A DNA stretch of 64,000 nt from a virus (Duplodnaviria > Caudoviricetes). Below the pieces are notes generated by a model, which ran no database searches, was not told the origin of the DNA, and worked only from the letters and a program-made list of their open reading frames with translations. The stretch spans positions 1 to 64,000 of IMG/VR virus record IMGVR_UViG_3300033475_000013, one strand, 5' to 3'. A program made the translations under genes and the position numbers. Within the stretch, counting starts at the first letter, position 1. Each line of letters begins with the position of its first letter. Positions 17,621 through 25,781 of this stretch are shown here, piece by piece.

Positions 17621-17660
17621 AGCCCGAGCAGACGTCCTACACTGCCGGGTTTTTTATTTT
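17621..17660 (+). terminator. Intrinsic terminator-like hairpin
   Basis: AGCCCG-A-GCAG loop CTGC-CGGGTT followed by a T tract. Confidence 0.55.
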
Positions 17661-17661
17661 C

Positions 17662-18132
17662 ATGAAGAGAATCCCAATTCACTTTAAAAAAATTACTCCT
17701 GAGGTTTTAAAGGAGGCCGCAATGATTGTTGATCAAGGATCAAGAGTTCGGTTTTACAAGATTAAAAACAGCACGGTGCACAAGGTTTATATCAAAATCT
17801 TCCGGATAGATGATGATATGGATACGGAATTTATGTACCACCATTTTGGCGGATACTATTACGTGAAGGACAGTAAGTGCATTCGTGATCAGAAGAACTA
17901 CTGGCTGAACATCCAGCAGCATCGGGCTGTTCGGCTGATGCAATTACTTCTGCCGTACCTGACGCTCAGGAAAGAGGTTGTGGAGTCTATTTTGGCTTAT
18001 TATGATTCGAAGAAAAAGAATAAGAAGCGGAGATTGACGGCTGAAATGAAGGCTGAGCGGGATCAGATTTATAAAAATTACAAGGAAGCACAAGCCAGGT
18101 TTATGGAATGTGTTAAAAAATCAAAATCTTAA
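17662..18132 (+). CDS. Degenerate LAGLIDADG homing-endonuclease-like protein
   Basis: EAAMIVDQGS in place of LAGLIDADG; FGG; YWLNI; AVRLMQLLLPYLTLRKE; C-terminal R..IY helix as in single-domain LAGLIDADG proteins. Confidence 0.6.
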   Translation: MKRIPIHFKKITPEVLKEAAMIVDQGSRVRFYKIKNSTVHKVYIKIFRIDDDMDTEFMYHHFGGYYYVKDSKCIRDQKNYWLNIQQHRAVRLMQLLLPYLTLRKEVVESILAYYDSKKKNKKRRLTAEMKAERDQIYKNYKEAQARFMECVKKSKS

Positions 18133-18134
18133 TT

Positions 18135-18536
18135 ATGAAGAACAGACAAGAACTAGCCTATATCTATGACTATTTTGGATACGCTGTTATCCATTTGAAA
18201 GGGGCTAAAGACAAACGAACTAAAGTTGAATTGTATTTTGTGAAGGATGAGAATGGTCTTTGTAACAGACTCACCATGGAAGGCTATCAATGGCGATTTA
18301 AAAATGGTTATGCTTACATGAGTGGATTAGTTGCTATTTCGTTTTTAAAAGGCATTGTTGATTTGATTCGTATAAAGCGATGTCAGGTGAAAAAGATAAT
18401 TGAGTTATATGGTATGGATCAAAATCCCAAAAATAAATCCAGAAAGATTGTTCTTCGAGATGCCATTCATAAGGATAACAAGAGAACAGATCCGGTTTTG
18501 GATTACTTAAAAAGGCATAATGCGGACTTTTTTTAA
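18135..18536 (+). CDS. Degenerate LAGLIDADG-like protein
   Basis: ELAYIYDYFG; AISFLKGIVDLIRIKRCQVKKIIE; RKIVLRDAIHKDN resemble the LAGLIDADG scaffold without the catalytic DGEG. Confidence 0.5.
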   Translation: MKNRQELAYIYDYFGYAVIHLKGAKDKRTKVELYFVKDENGLCNRLTMEGYQWRFKNGYAYMSGLVAISFLKGIVDLIRIKRCQVKKIIELYGMDQNPKNKSRKIVLRDAIHKDNKRTDPVLDYLKRHNADFF

Positions 18537-18564
18537 CTATCCCAATACTCCCGAATTCAAAAAA

Positions 18565-18584
18565 CCGGGATAGTCCGGGAGAGT
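18565..18584 (+). repeat. Exact 20-bp copy of 17482..17501
   Basis: CCGGGATAGTCCGGGAGAGT at both positions. Confidence 0.9.
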
Positions 18585-18614
18585 GGGACACTTGGATTGA
18601 AAGGTTAATTTTTC

Positions 18615-18622
18615 TATGTTTG
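18615..18622 (+). promoter_or_regulatory. Bacteroidota sigma-70 -7 box
   Basis: TATGTTTG fits TAnnTTTG, with TTG about 20 nt upstream; precedes a short ORF and the tRNA cluster. Confidence 0.45.
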
Positions 18623-18731
18623 AGCCATGAACAATAATCAATTGCATCCGCAACGACTTTTACCAGAAATTCTGGAGGTCATCGCTATGCAGTTTGGATA
18701 AGGATATACTTTTTAAACGACGCAAATGCTC

Positions 18732-18758
18732 AAAGCCTCCCTGATCAGGAGGCTTTTT
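18732..18758 (+). terminator. Intrinsic terminator-like hairpin just upstream of the tRNA cluster
   Basis: AAAGCCTCC-CTGATCA-GGAGGCTTT followed by a T tract. Confidence 0.65.
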
Positions 18759-18766
18759 GTTTTTAT

Positions 18767-18842
18767 CAGGTATTGGGGAAGTCCGGTCGTTCCCGCCACA
18801 CTTGGAATGTGGAGCTCGTTGGTTCAAATCCAGCATGCCTGA
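18767..18842 (+). tRNA. tRNA-Pro(TGG)
   Basis: Acceptor CAGGTAT/ATGCCTG; anticodon arm CCACA-CTTGGAA-TGTGG; T arm GTTGG-TTCAAAT-CCAGC. Confidence 0.9.
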
Positions 18843-18849
18843 CTTTTAT

Positions 18850-18922
18850 TGCCGGATGGTGGAATTGGCAACACATCAGACTTTGATTCTGAAAATTACA
18901 GGTTCGAGACCTGTTCCGGCAA
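18850..18922 (+). tRNA. tRNA-Gln(TTG)
   Basis: Acceptor TGCCGGA/TCCGGCA; TCAGA-CTTTGAT-TCTGA; ACAGG-TTCGAGA-CCTGT. Confidence 0.9.
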
Positions 18923-18924
18923 CT

Positions 18925-18998
18925 GTGATCGTGGGCAAGTGGCTTAAGCCGCGAGATTGTGGTTCTCGTATTCGCCGGTTCGAATCCGGTCGATCACC
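18925..18998 (+). tRNA. tRNA-His(GTG)
   Basis: Acceptor GTGATCG/CGATCAC; CGAGA-TTGTGGT-TCTCG; C73 discriminator. Confidence 0.9.
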
Positions 18999-19008
18999 AA
19001 AAATTAAT

Positions 19009-19088
19009 GCCCCTGTGACATATGCAAACTGGCACAGCTGACGGTTTTAGACACCGTGTTTTTGAGAGTTCGATTCTCTCCAGGGGTA
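19009..19088 (+). tRNA. tRNA-Leu(TAG), atypical (expanded D region, short variable loop)
   Basis: Acceptor GCCCCTG/CAGGGGT; ACGGT-TTTAGAC-ACCGT; GAGAG-TTCGATT-CTCTC. Confidence 0.75.
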
Positions 19089-19092
19089 CAAT

Positions 19093-19166
19093 GGCTGCAT
19101 GGCGAAACTGGCAGACGCGTCAGACTTAAAATCTGAATTTTACGAGTTCGAATCTCGTTGCGGCTA
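19093..19166 (+). tRNA. tRNA-Leu(TAA), short variable loop
   Basis: Acceptor GGCTGCA/TGCGGCT; TCAGA-CTTAAAA-TCTGA; 5-nt variable loop; ACGAG-TTCGAAT-CTCGT. Confidence 0.85.
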
Positions 19167-20210
19167 CAAAAATTTCTCGATCAATGTTCTGAAAGCGAGT
19201 TCGGCTTGCTGTTCAACGACGGCATTTCCTGCCATGCGAAGAAGGTCTTCTCTAAAGTTGTACCCATTAATTGCATAACCCAGGCTGGATTCAAGACGAG
19301 GCTCTTCGAATTCGAATTGATTTGGTCCTTGTCCTGCTGGAAAAAGACTTGTCTGGGCAATTGATCGCACCGATTCCTCCCATCGCTTCTTTGCATTTCC
19401 ATGCCGGCCGTGTCCTTCCAGTCGAGACTGGAAGGAGTTGTCCATTGTCTGACTTGAACTGGTAATGCTGTTCCTCCTTGTTGAAATTTTGTTTTTCTGT
19501 TGGTTGAACTTGATAACGATGTCGTCCACTTTCTCACTGTCTCCGCCAGATATAACGGAACGGTGTTCTGGTTGGCATTTGACTTCCGATAATCCAAGCA
19601 CTTCTGCAAGGTCTCCTCGTCTCTTACTCTGTTCAGAGCAGTAAGTGTCGGCCACGGCAAGGATGAAGAGACGTTTTCTAAGATGTGGCGTGCCCACTTG
19701 CTCCGCAGCGAATATGTCCGCTTCAACTTTGTAACCAAGGCTTGATATTCGTTCTCTGACTTCCTGGTATCCGATATTGAGGTGGTTTGCGACGTTTTCG
19801 AAGAAACAGAGAACAGGTCTAACTGCGTCGATTCCATGTTCAAAGAAGGGGAAGAGATGTCGTGGATCGGCGACTCCGTTCTGTAGCCCGGCTTGTGAAA
19901 ATGGTTGACAAGGATATCCTCCAGTGAGGATGTGTATTTTTCGGTAAAACTGTTCGTACGGGAATGTTTTAAGATCAGTCCAGATAGGCACTGGAGCCAC
20001 CATACCTTGTTCCATTTTCGCTGCCACATTGTAGGCGGCAAAGGATTCGATTTCCACAATAGCGGCATATTGGAGAATTCTAGCTTGATACATTTTTTCT
20101 CCTTGATGTGGGTACCGTAGTGCTGCAATTCCTCGTTCCAGTCCTCGATCAAGTCCACCTTGTCCGTGGCAAAGGCTGAGTGTAGCGAGTGTTTTTTCGG
20201 GATTATCCAC
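19164..20210 (-). CDS. C5 cytosine DNA methyltransferase (alpha polypeptide)
   Basis: Motif I LCHGQGGLD; motif IV GYPCQPFS; motif VI FENV; motif VIII PHLRKRLF; motif X LRMAGNAVV. Confidence 0.92.
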   Translation of the reverse strand: MDNPEKTLATLSLCHGQGGLDRGLERGIAALRYPHQGEKMYQARILQYAAIVEIESFAAYNVAAKMEQGMVAPVPIWTDLKTFPYEQFYRKIHILTGGYPCQPFSQAGLQNGVADPRHLFPFFEHGIDAVRPVLCFFENVANHLNIGYQEVRERISSLGYKVEADIFAAEQVGTPHLRKRLFILAVADTYCSEQSKRRGDLAEVLGLSEVKCQPEHRSVISGGDSEKVDDIVIKFNQQKNKISTRRNSITSSSQTMDNSFQSRLEGHGRHGNAKKRWEESVRSIAQTSLFPAGQGPNQFEFEEPRLESSLGYAINGYNFREDLLRMAGNAVVEQQAELAFRTLIEKFL

Positions 20211-20212
20211 AT
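19181..20212 (-). CDS. Alternative-frame methyltransferase beta polypeptide (TRD and motif IX)
   Basis: 343 codons with no stop inside the MTase gene; WPTL/WTTS/WTTPSSLDWKD repeats and LNPAWVMQLMG (motif IX-like). Confidence 0.7.
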   Translation of the reverse strand: MWIIPKKHSLHSAFATDKVDLIEDWNEELQHYGTHIKEKKCIKLEFSNMPLLWKSNPLPPTMWQRKWNKVWWLQCLSGLILKHSRTNSFTEKYTSSLEDILVNHFHKPGYRTESPIHDISSPSLNMESTQLDLFSVSSKTSQTTSISDTRKSENEYQALVTKLKRTYSLRSKWARHILENVSSSLPWPTLTALNRVRDEETLQKCLDYRKSNANQNTVPLYLAETVRKWTTSLSSSTNRKTKFQQGGTALPVQVRQWTTPSSLDWKDTAGMEMQRSDGRNRCDQLPRQVFFQQDKDQINSNSKSLVLNPAWVMQLMGTTLEKTFFAWQEMPSLNSKPNSLSEH

Positions 20213-20381
20213 CTTTAATTTTCTAATTTTTTTAAATTCTCCAATTCAAATATTGCTTCTGTCAAAACATCAATGGCAACATCGATTGTTTTTGAACCAA
20301 TAACAAAAACCATCACACCACGGACAGTGACATGATATGTCGGTATACTTTCCGGCTTCTCTGACTTTTCTTTCTCGTTAC

Positions 20382-20651
20382 TCATTTCTTTTCAACTTTA
20401 AACCACACATGCATCTCAAATCCAAAAAAACAAAACCGGATGGCGTATGAGTCCCAGCTACAATACCAGTGCTGGATTCCGATGTACACCGGATCAGATG
20501 CATCAAACAATAATCGCTTATGGATAATTTTCCACCTGTTAGTAAAATAGATACGATTAAATTTTGTCACATACTTTATTTTCTTTGGCTTCTCTTCCCA
20601 ATACTCTTCAGGGTAAGGATGCGTTTCATCTACTATAATTTCTTGTGCCAT
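20382..20651 (-). CDS. Hypothetical protein
   Basis: ORF in operon. Confidence 0.5.
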   Translation of the reverse strand: MAQEIIVDETHPYPEEYWEEKPKKIKYVTKFNRIYFTNRWKIIHKRLLFDASDPVYIGIQHWYCSWDSYAIRFCFFGFEMHVWFKVEKK

Positions 20652-20920
20652 GGTAATTTTTTAAGTAACATTTTACCTACCGATTCAGATACAGCTAGGT
20701 TCCATGAAATTATAGCTGATGATATTCCTGGGTGAGGATCCTCCACCCTGTATCCATTTTCAACGAGCCAAACTTTTATTTCATAAGATGGACCAAGAAG
20801 CGAAACACTATACTTACCACGAACTGATGCTTCACGGATCATTTCGATCATTAATTTTTTTTGATTCTCTATGGATTTTGCATATCCATCAGAAATCTTT
20901 TTTGCTTCAATTGCTGTCAT
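20633..20920 (-). CDS. Hypothetical protein
   Basis: ORF in operon. Confidence 0.5.
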   Translation of the reverse strand: MTAIEAKKISDGYAKSIENQKKLMIEMIREASVRGKYSVSLLGPSYEIKVWLVENGYRVEDPHPGISSAIISWNLAVSESVGKMLLKKLPWHKKL

Positions 20921-21093
20921 AACTCATGCATTTTGTATATGATCAATCAGAAGTTCAGTCGAAACCTTATCAGGATGAAGGCCATTACGATAAGTGATTA
21001 TCCACTCATCATGCTCAGCGTCATACGTTACTGTTTTGATATTGCAGTCAGCGATCATGTCGATCAATTCTGAAATTGTTGTATTTTCCATAA

Positions 21094-21384
21094 TTATTCC
21101 TTTAAGGTTCCGACTTCTTTTGAGTACGCTAAAAATTTTTTCACTTTTTCCTTCTTTAGTTCAAGTGCTGGCTGATTAATGATATGTGGAATAGCACCTT
21201 CTTTCTGTAACATCTGCATGATGGCATACAGATCATTGAATTCATAAACTATTCTATCAGCATTCGTAAATTCTTGTCCAGGTTGAATCTCTTCCAAAGT
21301 AAACCGAAGAGCCTTTGATGCACGTTGTGATACCTCGTCACACTCCTCCATGAGCATGATCAGCAGATGTTCTTTTCTTGTCAT
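21094..21384 (-). CDS. MazG-like nucleotide pyrophosphohydrolase
   Basis: LMEECDEVSQRASKALRF ... EFNDL matches the EExxE...ExxD all-alpha NTP-PPase pattern. Confidence 0.65.
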   Translation of the reverse strand: MTRKEHLLIMLMEECDEVSQRASKALRFTLEEIQPGQEFTNADRIVYEFNDLYAIMQMLQKEGAIPHIINQPALELKKEKVKKFLAYSKEVGTLKE

Positions 21385-21640
21385 TTTGTTCAGCTTTATA
21401 TTTTTTCAATTCTTCAAACCACTTGAGTCTTTCAGTGGCACTATCACGCAATTCTAAATATCGTACCCACTTTTCACTTCGTGACCACAAATATTTAACT
21501 CTCAATTCTTCTAGGTAATCTTTCTGTTCTTGAATGCGCTTATCAATGAAATCATCATCCATCAAAAGCTTCATTGCTGATTTTGATATTTCACTCATAA
21601 CCAAGTATTCGTTTAGCTTCCTCCAAGGCCTCGCGGCCAT
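21338..21640 (-). CDS. Hypothetical protein
   Basis: ORF in operon. Confidence 0.5.
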   Translation of the reverse strand: MAARPWRKLNEYLVMSEISKSAMKLLMDDDFIDKRIQEQKDYLEELRVKYLWSRSEKWVRYLELRDSATERLKWFEELKKYKAEQNDKKRTSADHAHGGV

Positions 21641-21773
21641 CGAAAGAATTATGTTTTACTAATACACAATTTTCATCTTCAATATATTCTGTCTCCGGGT
21701 TACACTCGCACACATAGCCAACAAGGTTATGCTGCTTCTCTTCATCAAGAGGATAAATATGAAAAATCTCCAT
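21591..21773 (-). CDS. Small hypothetical protein
   Basis: HN..CECNP..HNSFDGRE. Confidence 0.55.
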   Translation of the reverse strand: MEIFHIYPLDEEKQHNLVGYVCECNPETEYIEDENCVLVKHNSFDGREALEEAKRILGYE

Positions 21774-21776
21774 ACA

Positions 21777-23393
21777 TCAAAAAGGCAAATCTGGATTATC
21801 TTCACTCTGTTCTTCAGTATGATTCTCCATCACAATACTCTCGCTCGGATAGGCATCAAACAAGGATGTCTGCTGCACAGCTTCAGCCATCGGTATCAAC
21901 CTGCCACCTTCATCATTAATCATCAACCGCCAGGTTGCACTCGGATCATTGATCTTACCATCCTTCACAATCCATCCTTTATTTCTAAACTCACGGATGA
22001 GTTCAGCCGTCTTATGCTTGGATGTTTTAAAATTCGATTTTATTTCTGCTGTTAATTCTCCACCTTTCAATACGCCACCATCAAAAATCTTAATGAGGAT
22101 ATCACGCTTGGTATCAACCTCTGTTGCTTCAGGTGCAGGAACACCAACAATAAGCGGAAGTGAATCAGGCTTCGGACCATGCTCCAGGTAGAACGGTTCA
22201 AACTCTTCATCACGGGCACTCTCGCATTTCACCTGGGTGATGCCAGTCTTATCATCTTTATTCAGTTCGTATGTCAGCTGAGCTTTGTTGAGTAACTCCG
22301 TTCCGATGTGTCCACGCGCATTACCATCTGTCTTATTCAAATGCAGCACTTCAATAATGTGTACATTGTATTCCAGAATTAATGATTCAAGCCACACAAT
22401 CAATTCAGTCGTTTCAATCGGATCATTGATGTTGTTCATCAGATCACGCACGCCATCAATGATGATAATCTTCGGTTTATTCTTCCAGTACTTGATGGTG
22501 TACTTGATAAAATCACGACGCTCTGCCGGCGACATACCACGCATGAAGAAGATCGGAAGTTCAATACCAGTTAGTTTTTTTAATTTCTCGCGCATGTTCC
22601 ATACGTGTGACTTTCCCTGCTCAGTATCAAAACATAGTACATCATCAGCAGTGGCTGATTTGTTCTGAAGAAAATATTGATAGACAAGCCATACTAAAAA
22701 TAAAGTCTTACGTGACTTTTTCTTTCCCAGGAGCAATGAATGGTTTCCGAGTGTAGCGACAATTATTCCGAAGATGGTGATGAGAGGAATTTCTGCTGGA
22801 GGTTGTTCGGTAAGCAGGCGCGTCTTCCAGAGTTCTTTTATTTTTGATTCATTATTTTCAACTTCAATTCCATCCTGAAGAGCTTTGATGGAGTTGAGCG
22901 ATGTTTCAAGAATTTCAAAAGCATCCGTAGTATCTTCGTAAGATTGATGATGCAGCGATGATGCAATTTCAATGATGCGCCGCTTGATGGCCATCTCCAC
23001 AATGACCCTGGCGTGATATTCAATATTGGAAGCAGAAGAAACTTTAGATGTTAGCTCAGCGATGTAATAAAAGCCACCAACAATTTCGAGTTTACCTGTT
23101 TTTTTAAGATGATTACCAACTGAGCGCATATCAATTGGATCTTTCTGCTGGTGCAGATCAGAGATTGCAGTATAAATTTCTTTATGCTTCTCTGCATAGA
23201 AATGTTCGGCTAATAAAAATTTTTCTGTGATTAAAAATGCATCTTTCTCCAGCATTATGCTACCAAGAACGGCTTCCTCCATCTCGATTGCCTGTGGCGG
23301 AAGCTTACCCAATGATTCACTAATGTCTCTAGGAACCAATTTCTGATTTTTCCCTTGACTCAAGCGTAATGGTGTTTCTCTTTTACCCTCCAT
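21777..23393 (-). CDS. Replicative helicase-like: DnaB N-terminal domain fused to an AAA_25/RepA-type ATPase
   Basis: PPQAIEMEEAVLG...HFY...PIDMRSV...SSASNIEYHARVI (DnaB-N); Walker A GKKKSRKT; FDTEQG; IIIDGVRD; LHLNK; RGHIGTEL. Confidence 0.8.
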   Translation of the reverse strand: MEGKRETPLRLSQGKNQKLVPRDISESLGKLPPQAIEMEEAVLGSIMLEKDAFLITEKFLLAEHFYAEKHKEIYTAISDLHQQKDPIDMRSVGNHLKKTGKLEIVGGFYYIAELTSKVSSASNIEYHARVIVEMAIKRRIIEIASSLHHQSYEDTTDAFEILETSLNSIKALQDGIEVENNESKIKELWKTRLLTEQPPAEIPLITIFGIIVATLGNHSLLLGKKKSRKTLFLVWLVYQYFLQNKSATADDVLCFDTEQGKSHVWNMREKLKKLTGIELPIFFMRGMSPAERRDFIKYTIKYWKNKPKIIIIDGVRDLMNNINDPIETTELIVWLESLILEYNVHIIEVLHLNKTDGNARGHIGTELLNKAQLTYELNKDDKTGITQVKCESARDEEFEPFYLEHGPKPDSLPLIVGVPAPEATEVDTKRDILIKIFDGGVLKGGELTAEIKSNFKTSKHKTAELIREFRNKGWIVKDGKINDPSATWRLMINDEGGRLIPMAEAVQQTSLFDAYPSESIVMENHTEEQSEDNPDLPF

Positions 23394-23524
23394 AACAGAT
23401 GTAAATCTTTAAAAGATGGAGATTTTGGCCTGAAAAAGAGGAAAAAGTTTTTATCATAAGCACAGTTGAGTTGAAGCCGGGGGAATGAAGGTAAAAAAGT
23501 TTCGTAACAGATGTTACTTTTGCA

Positions 23525-24022
23525 TTAATAATTTATTTTTTCATGCCAGCACAATATCTGGCCTGAAAATGTCTTGGGATGTTTAAACCAATTTTTAAAA
23601 TCTATAACTTCCAAACCATCATTATTAGCTATTTCATGGATGTAAAGATTCCTATCAGTTAATGATCGACCATCAATGTAAGTTTTACCTTCTTCACCAG
23701 AAATATCAAAATCCCAAACTTTTTTTAATTGAATATCTGGGGCAAGTATAATTTGTTTAGAATTATAAGGTCTTCCTGACCAGATGCGAGGACTAAACCA
23801 ATCTCCTTCTTTCCAGCGATGACCAGCGCGAATAGTGTGATACTTTGGTACAGCACTATAATACTCATGCCAATCCCAAAAATCATTAGCGTTATTTGGA
23901 ATTTTAAAATCAGGAATGATGTCCGCTAATCCAGCATAAATTTTTTCGATAAAGAGAGTTGATTCACCTTTACGAGGATGGTATGATGGAAATTTTTGAG
24001 AGAATGTAATTACCTTACTCAT
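23525..24022 (-). CDS. ASCH/PUA-like protein
   Basis: KYHTIRAGHRWKEGD motif. Confidence 0.5.
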   Translation of the reverse strand: MSKVITFSQKFPSYHPRKGESTLFIEKIYAGLADIIPDFKIPNNANDFWDWHEYYSAVPKYHTIRAGHRWKEGDWFSPRIWSGRPYNSKQIILAPDIQLKKVWDFDISGEEGKTYIDGRSLTDRNLYIHEIANNDGLEVIDFKNWFKHPKTFSGQILCWHEKINY

Positions 24023-24203
24023 CTTTATGCACAATTAATTCATGTGGCATCAACTCATGTTCTTTCCCATCGGGATCAACAACAATAAACCTGGCGCCGA
24101 GACTTCCGTCAGCACCACGCTTATGACGCACGCGATCAATGATACCTTCAACCTCAGTTGATTTAATGGTGGCCTTCTTTCCTTTATAGTCTTCGAATGT
24201 CAT
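24015..24203 (-). CDS. Small SH3-like hypothetical protein
   Basis: Beta-rich 62-aa ORF. Confidence 0.5.
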   Translation of the reverse strand: MTFEDYKGKKATIKSTEVEGIIDRVRHKRGADGSLGARFIVVDPDGKEHELMPHELIVHKDE

Positions 24204-24646
24204 TTCAGTAATGCTTTATAGTTTGTTTGTTTTAATGATTCAAAGAACGTTTGATCTTTTTCAATCTGATAGACGTATGGTAAAAATACTTCAATGAATT
24301 CAGCTTGCTCAAGACGAATTAAAGTAGCCTGTATTTCTACCCAATCACAACAAATTTTCCATGCCGTACGCGCAGACTGTTCTGTTAGATTTTTAAGTGC
24401 CGGTGTTGATAATCGCTTGTATGACTTTTTCAACGCCTGATACACGTTATCAACTTTAGCAGGAAGTTTAAAAGGAACAGATGAACCGTTAACTAAAACC
24501 ATGAAAGAGATAGATACTAACTGTCCATCTTTGTAATTTTTGTTAATATGATCTGCACCAATAGAGACGAGTATTTCTTCAATTCGAGCAACTGACTTTG
24601 ATGCCGCAACGGTAGAAGTATAATTCTTGATATTTATTTTAGTCAT
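24200..24646 (-). CDS. Conserved phage hypothetical protein
   Basis: FKLPAKV...QSARTAWKICCDWVE...EVFLPY. Confidence 0.7.
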   Translation of the reverse strand: MTKINIKNYTSTVAASKSVARIEEILVSIGADHINKNYKDGQLVSISFMVLVNGSSVPFKLPAKVDNVYQALKKSYKRLSTPALKNLTEQSARTAWKICCDWVEIQATLIRLEQAEFIEVFLPYVYQIEKDQTFFESLKQTNYKALLK

Positions 24647-24873
24647 ACAAAAAACATTTCAGTGATTACATATTTACTTCCTTCAACTTTATTATTCTCT
24701 ATCCACATGAGACAGGCATCAAACGCAGTAGCATTATCTTCCAGGATCGGATCAAATGGTGCCTCATACAAAATATTAAAACATGACTTTGATGGAGCGG
24801 GCGTATTACCTAGCAAAATTATTTCTGACTTCTTCTGCTGATATTCGATGACACAATATTTCCACTCCATCAA
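24643..24873 (-). CDS. Hypothetical protein
   Basis: ORF in operon. Confidence 0.5.
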   Translation of the reverse strand: MMEWKYCVIEYQQKKSEIILLGNTPAPSKSCFNILYEAPFDPILEDNATAFDACLMWIENNKVEGSKYVITEMFFV

Positions 24874-25232
24874 TTATCGCGTTCATCGTTATACTCCTCC
24901 TCCTCTTTGTCCTCCTCTGATTCAACAGGAACGTGAGCAGCTAATTTTTTATTAGCCTTCTCCATAAAATCCTTAACATCCCAGGAAGTGATCGGTGCGA
25001 GTGCTAATCGTTTCGCATAATTACGCGCAGTCTCTTCATCGATTGGATTGAGTGCGTAGATAGCAGATGGATTCAATAACCGTGTGAATGCTGGATTGGT
25101 ATCATTCTCTGGTACATCAACCTGAAGGAATGCAGCGCCACCAAGATTACGTTCCGTTACACGTCCTGCTATTTTTTGATGTCCAAATAATTCAACCAGA
25201 CACCAAACGTCAAATTTTTGTTCGTCTTGCAT
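24870..25232 (-). CDS. Conserved phage hypothetical protein
   Basis: WCLVELFGHQKIAGRVTE...AIYALNP; acidic tail. Confidence 0.7.
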   Translation of the reverse strand: MQDEQKFDVWCLVELFGHQKIAGRVTERNLGGAAFLQVDVPENDTNPAFTRLLNPSAIYALNPIDEETARNYAKRLALAPITSWDVKDFMEKANKKLAAHVPVESEEDKEEEEYNDERDN

Positions 25233-25245
25233 ATTGATTTAAAGT

Positions 25246-25734
25246 TTAGTCATTACTGGATGATCCACAATCTGATGATGATGAATCGGAAGATGAAAAG
25301 TCGGAACTACCGGAATTGTCACTCCATGAATCACTGCTGCCTCCGCCACCGAAAGAACCACCACCTCCATGGTCCGAGTGATGTTCGATATGATGATGTG
25401 GAGGTATGTCTTCATTCATCATACTATTGATGATGATTGATTGCTCTGGAAGACTTATAATTGGCACATCATCTTCCTTTCGAATAGGAACAGAACGAAT
25501 ATCGTCTTTATTTTTCTTACGCTCTTGTTCTTTGTTAGCCGGATGAAAGTGGATTTGTTTAGCTTGTGCTATCTTTATCCTATATTCTGAATCTGCAAAA
25601 TGCATAGCCTCATCAACATCAGACTGACGGTACTGTTTGAAAACTTTGATTTCATTGTCTACTTTTTTTGAAGACTTAATGATGAAATAAACAATAACTG
25701 CGACAAGCAATAAAAATAGAATGACGTATACCAT
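25246..25734 (-). CDS. Membrane protein with Ser/Gly/Asp low-complexity tail
   Basis: N-terminal TM; GGGGSFGGGGSSDSW...SSSDCGSSS. Confidence 0.7.
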   Translation of the reverse strand: MVYVILFLLLVAVIVYFIIKSSKKVDNEIKVFKQYRQSDVDEAMHFADSEYRIKIAQAKQIHFHPANKEQERKKNKDDIRSVPIRKEDDVPIISLPEQSIIINSMMNEDIPPHHHIEHHSDHGGGGSFGGGGSSDSWSDNSGSSDFSSSDSSSSDCGSSSND

Positions 25735-25781
25735 AAAAGTTACATTTGTTAATATTATGACATTTAATTAAATTTGCGCTT

